Shown in pieces: positions 58,505 through 64,000 of a DNA stretch of 64,000 bases (its first letter is position 1; each line of letters opens with the position of its first letter). The notes under the pieces were generated by a model. The model was not told the DNA's origin, searched no databases, and saw nothing but the letters and a program-made list of their open reading frames with translations. The translations under genes were made by a program, and so were the position numbers. This DNA comes from an uncultured delta proteobacterium (GTDB lineage Bacteria; Myxococcota_A; Polyangia; Polyangiales; Polyangiaceae), in NCBI GenBank assembly GCA_963806225.1, contig CAWDXG010000001.1, forward strand, positions 512,001-576,000, written 5' to 3'.

Positions 58505-59017
58505 ATGCCGACGATCGACGACGAGACCCGCGAGCTACTCTTCCAGGTGCTGGTGATGGGCGGCGCGAGCCCCGTGTTCGTGGACGCGCTGGAGCTTGAA
58601 AAGGGCGAGCTCCACACCGGCGTGGTGCAGGGCTGGCACCCGCGCTTCCACTTCGAGGCGTTCCCGCTCGACCCCTGGGCGGGAGACGGCGCGAGCGGCA
58701 AGACGCTCGAGCGCCTGGTGCCCTACGTGGACGCGCTGGTTCTCACCGACGCCCTCGCGACGGGCACGCACTACTCGGCTGCGGCCGTGGAGCGGCTCGG
58801 CCGCACGCTCGGTCCTGGCAAGCTGCATGTGCCCAGCGTCGTGTTCGGCGGGCGCGCGCTGGCCGAGGAGTGGCAGACGCTCTCGAACACCGCTCCGGTG
58901 CTCGTCGTGGAGTCGAAACCCGAGGAGGCGTATCCCGCTTTCAAGGCCCTGGCCAAGGTGCTGCTGCGCTCGCGCATGCGCAGCACGCCGCCGCCGCCTG
59001 CCGTTTCGGAACAGTAG
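58505..59017 (+). CDS. Degenerate MglA-like small GTPase homologue (predicted pseudo-GTPase)
   Basis: Segment-by-segment resemblance to MglA (RELLFQVLVMG, GVVQGWHPRFHF, VDALVLTD, PSVVF, AFKALAKVLL), but no GxxxxGKT and no NKxD. Confidence 0.6.
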   Translation: MPTIDDETRELLFQVLVMGGASPVFVDALELEKGELHTGVVQGWHPRFHFEAFPLDPWAGDGASGKTLERLVPYVDALVLTDALATGTHYSAAAVERLGRTLGPGKLHVPSVVFGGRALAEEWQTLSNTAPVLVVESKPEEAYPAFKALAKVLLRSRMRSTPPPPAVSEQ

Positions 59018-59023
59018 CGACGC

Positions 59024-60004
59024 TCAAGCGCCGGGGGGCGCCAGCTCCAGCACGATCGCGCCGTCGATGATCGCCACGTCGCCCTCGCGCTTGATGTGCA
59101 TCCCCCCGCCGACCTTGGCGTAGCCCTTGGCGGGGAAGGCGTTCTTCCCGTCGAGCATCCAGCCGTGGTCGATCGGCTCGACGCGCACGTAGGTGTTCTC
59201 GAACTTCGTGCCCGCGTAGGGCGCCGGGTCGTGCAGCACGAGCACCGACGGGTCCGGAGCGCCGCGCTCGTCGTGTCCCGCGTCCACGACGGTCAGCCAG
59301 TGTCCGCCGTGCCGGTGATAGGCGTGGCCCCCCGGACCGGGCTTGTACCAGCCGACGTTGATCCACGCTGCACCACCCGGGTGCAGCGCGGAAGCGATCC
59401 AGTGGAGGTCGGGCTTGCGCACCCCCACGTCGTAGGCGAGCGCATGTCCACGCCAGCCTTCGTACTCGAGCCGCTTGACCTGGTAGCCCGCGTCCTTTGC
59501 CCAGCGTGCGAGGCCGGGAAGGATACCGAAGGCGCCCGTGCCAGAGTACGGGCTGGTCGCCATGTAGTGGTGGCTACCGAGCCTGCGCACCAGCTCGAGC
59601 TGCTGCTCGTGCGGCGTAGGGCCGGGCGGTGCGAGTTTCGGGTAGCCGTGCGAGGAAAGCCACATCACGCTATTCGAGATGGCCACCGGCCCGCAGTAGG
59701 AGTTGCCACCGCCGGGCACGCCGAGCTCGGGATCGGTCTGCGTGAGGTCCGGCGTGTCGAACGCGCGCTGGCGCAGCACGCGCTTCGGCTTCGGCTTTGG
59801 CGGAGCTGGCGCCGCGTGGGCTGGCGCCGCGTGGAGCTTCGGCGCGGGCGTCCGGACGACGGAGGCCGGCGCGGTGGCGGCGGTGCCCAGCTTCAGCCAG
59901 AGCAGCGTGCAGGCGAGCCCCGCACCGGCACCGAGCACGCCCGTCACCAGCCAGCGCGGTGCACGCGGGCGGTCCGGGGCGGATGCGGTGGACGGTTCGA
60001 CCAT
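59024..60004 (-). CDS. Membrane-anchored papain-like (C39-like) cysteine peptidase domain protein
   Basis: One TM helix; LTQ...NSYCGPVAISN; GGHWLTVV; LVLHDP (Gln, Cys, His, Asp in the expected order). Confidence 0.65.
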   Translation of the reverse strand: MVEPSTASAPDRPRAPRWLVTGVLGAGAGLACTLLWLKLGTAATAPASVVRTPAPKLHAAPAHAAPAPPKPKPKRVLRQRAFDTPDLTQTDPELGVPGGGNSYCGPVAISNSVMWLSSHGYPKLAPPGPTPHEQQLELVRRLGSHHYMATSPYSGTGAFGILPGLARWAKDAGYQVKRLEYEGWRGHALAYDVGVRKPDLHWIASALHPGGAAWINVGWYKPGPGGHAYHRHGGHWLTVVDAGHDERGAPDPSVLVLHDPAPYAGTKFENTYVRVEPIDHGWMLDGKNAFPAKGYAKVGGGMHIKREGDVAIIDGAIVLELAPPGA

Positions 60005-60128
60005 GGGCGGCCTCAAAATGGATCGCCGGACGCACTGCGGGCAAGTCCGCAGGCGTCCGGCCGGATGTTCTTCCGGATTCGGCGTCAGCACCGGGGCGAG
60101 TCGCCCCCGGCGCTGTCCGCCGGGTCGG

Positions 60129-61976
60129 CTACTCGAGCATGCGGTTCAGCCGCTCGAGCATCGCCCGGACCGCCGGGTTGTAGCCGGAGTCGGGGCTGCC
60201 CACCGACGTGACCGCCGGGCAGATCGACGCGGTGACTCCGCGATCGCCGAGCGCGTGCATGAGCGCCAGCTGGCGCAGCCCCGGGTAGGCCTTGGCGAAG
60301 TACTGCGTCGTGCTGTAGGTGCCGTCCGCCGGGTTCTGGCACAGGGGCTTGTCCGGCGAGCTGTCCGGCAACCCGAGCGTGCTGCAGTCCAGGCCGTTCT
60401 GTTTGGGCGAAGCCAGCGGGAACACGCAGGCGTACTGCAGATCGTTCCGGGGCGGAATGTCGTACTCGTGGCCGTTGATGGGGTTTTGCATGGCGCCCGC
60501 CGAGGGCGGCGCGATGGCATCGCCGGTCACGGGATTCTTGCCGCTGCGCGGCTCGATCGATTCCTGCTGCAGCGGATCGGTCGGCTCCTTGTAGCTCGCG
60601 GGGTCTCCCGCGATCATGCCCCAGCGACTCTTGCTGGAGAGTTCGCTGGCGGACATGTTGCTCAGGTTCTGGGTGCTCGACGGATTGCGGGCGATATCCT
60701 GCCAGGGCACGCCCGTGATGACCGTTGCAGAGACCAGCGACGGGCTGCGGCCGCTGGCGAACAGCGGATTTTGCACCGGCGTATCGCCAGGGGCGCAGGC
60801 CAGATCCAGCTCGTCCGGGCAGATCTTCGCCTTGCCGAGCGCGTTCGCATAGCGCTGCACGGGGTACAGCAGATCGAGACCGAAACGCTGCTTCTCGTGG
60901 AAGCAGCGCATGTTGACCGAGTCTTCCTTGTCGGTGAAGGCGCCCTTCAGGCACGAAGGGTCCGCCATGATCGCCGTGCAACCCGAGGGAGGCGAGCTCT
61001 CGTGGAGGGCGCAGGAGCGGCAGCACGGGCTGCCCGGATCCGTCGCGCAGGCCGACGTCGCTCGCGGCATGTGGTCCTGCCGCGCCACAAGCCAGCCGAG
61101 GCCCTGGTCCTCGATGCTGCAGTCGTCCTCGTCGGTCAAGAGCACGACCATCACGGCCGAGTCCGGCCTCAGGAACGCCTTGCGCTCGTCGAGCACTTCC
61201 TGGTCGGTGCCCGTCGGGCTGCTTGTGTTGTTCTGTATCGCAACGCCGGTCGGCGGCTTCGGCTCCGCCAGGAATCGATACATGGCCTCGAGCGTCGACT
61301 CGAAGCCGCACCCCTTCTCGCCTGTCGCCTTGATGGTGTTCGCTACGTCGTTTTCGAAGCTCGAGAGGTTGCTCGCGCCTGGCGGGCTGGACTGGCCCTT
61401 CGGGTCCCACACCAGAAAGCCGCTGTTGTTCCAGCTCGGCAGCCCCTGCCGCACCTTGGGTAGCAGGTGTGCGTGGTCGTCGTTGTTGGGGTTCATGTTG
61501 TCCGCGCCCTGCGGATTGCAGAAGTTCGTCGCTGCGCCGTGGCCGCCCAGGCTCGACGTGATCACGCCGACGTGCATGTCCGTGACGGGAGCCACCTCGC
61601 GCGAGTAGCCCGCAGGGCAGGGGGCGCTCGGGTCGGCCACGGGTTTCAGATCGCCGCCCGGACCGACGCACAACGGGTTCGCCAAGCGGTCGATGATGCC
61701 CGGCGCCGCCTGGGCGAGGATGGCCTGCTTGTCGGCCATCGAGATGGAGTTGTCGACCACGAGCAGCAGATCGAGCTTGTTGCTGCGGGTCTGCTGGGTG
61801 GTGCCACCGGTGCCCGCCGTGCCGCCGCCGCCCGCCGCTCCGCCGCTGCCCGCCGTTCCGCCGCTGCCCGCCGTGCCCGCCGTACCGCCGCCGCCGGTGT
61901 TGTCGATGCTGGTTCCGCTGCAGCCGACGACCGCGGCGAGCCCGACTATTCCCAGGCTGACAAGTACCCTGTTCAT
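60129..61976 (-). CDS. Myxobacterial vWA-like Cys-rich lipoprotein
   Basis: Lipobox VVGC, GGTAG linker, KLDLLLVVDNSISM, GCGFE, FLRPDS...LTDEDDCS; SD AGGAGG. Confidence 0.82.
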   Translation of the reverse strand: MNRVLVSLGIVGLAAVVGCSGTSIDNTGGGGTAGTAGSGGTAGSGGAAGGGGTAGTGGTTQQTRSNKLDLLLVVDNSISMADKQAILAQAAPGIIDRLANPLCVGPGGDLKPVADPSAPCPAGYSREVAPVTDMHVGVITSSLGGHGAATNFCNPQGADNMNPNNDDHAHLLPKVRQGLPSWNNSGFLVWDPKGQSSPPGASNLSSFENDVANTIKATGEKGCGFESTLEAMYRFLAEPKPPTGVAIQNNTSSPTGTDQEVLDERKAFLRPDSAVMVVLLTDEDDCSIEDQGLGWLVARQDHMPRATSACATDPGSPCCRSCALHESSPPSGCTAIMADPSCLKGAFTDKEDSVNMRCFHEKQRFGLDLLYPVQRYANALGKAKICPDELDLACAPGDTPVQNPLFASGRSPSLVSATVITGVPWQDIARNPSSTQNLSNMSASELSSKSRWGMIAGDPASYKEPTDPLQQESIEPRSGKNPVTGDAIAPPSAGAMQNPINGHEYDIPPRNDLQYACVFPLASPKQNGLDCSTLGLPDSSPDKPLCQNPADGTYSTTQYFAKAYPGLRQLALMHALGDRGVTASICPAVTSVGSPDSGYNPAVRAMLERLNRMLE

Positions 61977-62042
61977 GCTGCTCCTCCTGCTGACTGGCCC
62001 TGCTGGTGATCCGTAGTGTCAGCGCTGGGCGATAACGGCTCA

Positions 62043-63507
<1,465 letters not shown>

Positions 63508-63622
63508 GCGCCAGGGAACAGTCTGACGGCTCCGGCTCGTGGCGCAAAGCGTCGTTCGCACCCGCTCCGTGACGAAAAGCTGACAGCCCTGGGTCCCGGC
63601 TGGGCCTACGTTACCTGTTGTT

Positions 63623-64000
63623 GTGAGCATCGCTGTCGTCGTCAACACCCAGGCCCGTCGCGGAAGCGACGCAGTGGCGGCTCTGTGCCGCTCGCGCCTG
63701 CCCTCGGCGCGCGTCCTCACCTCGCGCAGCCTCGAGGACTGCGCCGGCTTCGTGCGCGAGCTCGGATCGCCGGCTCCTGCCGTGGTGATCTCGGCAGGTG
63801 GTGACGGCACCGCCGTCGGCTTGCTCAATACGTCGCGCGCCGCCGCGCAGGCCGGGGCGCCGGTGCCGTGGCTATCGGGCATCGCGGCGCCGACCACCGC
63901 GCTGGGCATGCTGCCGCTCGGGACGGGCAATGCCTGGGCGCGTGTCACCGGTGCCCGCAACTGGCGCAAGGCCATCAACCAGCTCGGCTCGATCGTGCCC
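63623..64000 (+). CDS. Diacylglycerol kinase family protein (runs off the window end)
   Basis: Manual translation: VSIAVVVNTQARRGS...VISAGGDGT...LPLGTGNAWAR. Confidence 0.88.
   Translation, partial: MSIAVVVNTQARRGSDAVAALCRSRLPSARVLTSRSLEDCAGFVRELGSPAPAVVISAGGDGTAVGLLNTSRAAAQAGAPVPWLSGIAAPTTALGMLPLGTGNAWARVTGARNWRKAINQLGSIVP

Noticed and set aside
61800..61900. GC-rich short repeats (also near 46180-46290 and 53720-53850)
   Set aside because: They encode ordinary Gly/Thr/Ala linkers of myxobacterial lipoproteins.

Overview
A very GC-rich (about 70% by eye), gene-dense chromosomal segment. It most likely comes from a myxobacterium (Myxococcota, probably Polyangia), judging by the many Cys-rich and vWA lipoproteins, a MYXO-CTERM-like tail, numerous sigma-54 promoters and an MglA-like gene. 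About 60 protein-coding genes are supported. I found no rRNA, tRNA, CRISPR array, integrase or transposase. The main highlights are: (1) an oxygen-sensing signalling cluster at 23.9-30.8 kb (USP, diguanylate cyclase, USP, globin-coupled histidine kinase, dual-receiver protein, hybrid kinase, sigma-54 activator; NmpUTSR-like) with visible -24/-12 promoters and palindromic candidate enhancer boxes; (2) immediately downstream, a bacterial histone-fold protein with an N-terminal Cys/His zinc finger; (3) a degenerate MglA-like small GTPase lacking the P-loop and NKxD motifs; (4) a small aromatic beta-rich protein co-oriented with comEA behind a sigma-54 promoter; (5) a small two-domain winged-helix DNA-binding protein built like a nucleoid protein; (6) several exported proteases or inhibitors (serpin, permuted SpoIVB/S55 peptidase with a beta-propeller partner, M49-like and C39-like proteins). 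Five genes carry single-base +1 frameshifts in a similar TTC/GAA context, probably systematic sequencing errors. All family assignments come from motif recognition by eye; no database searches were run.
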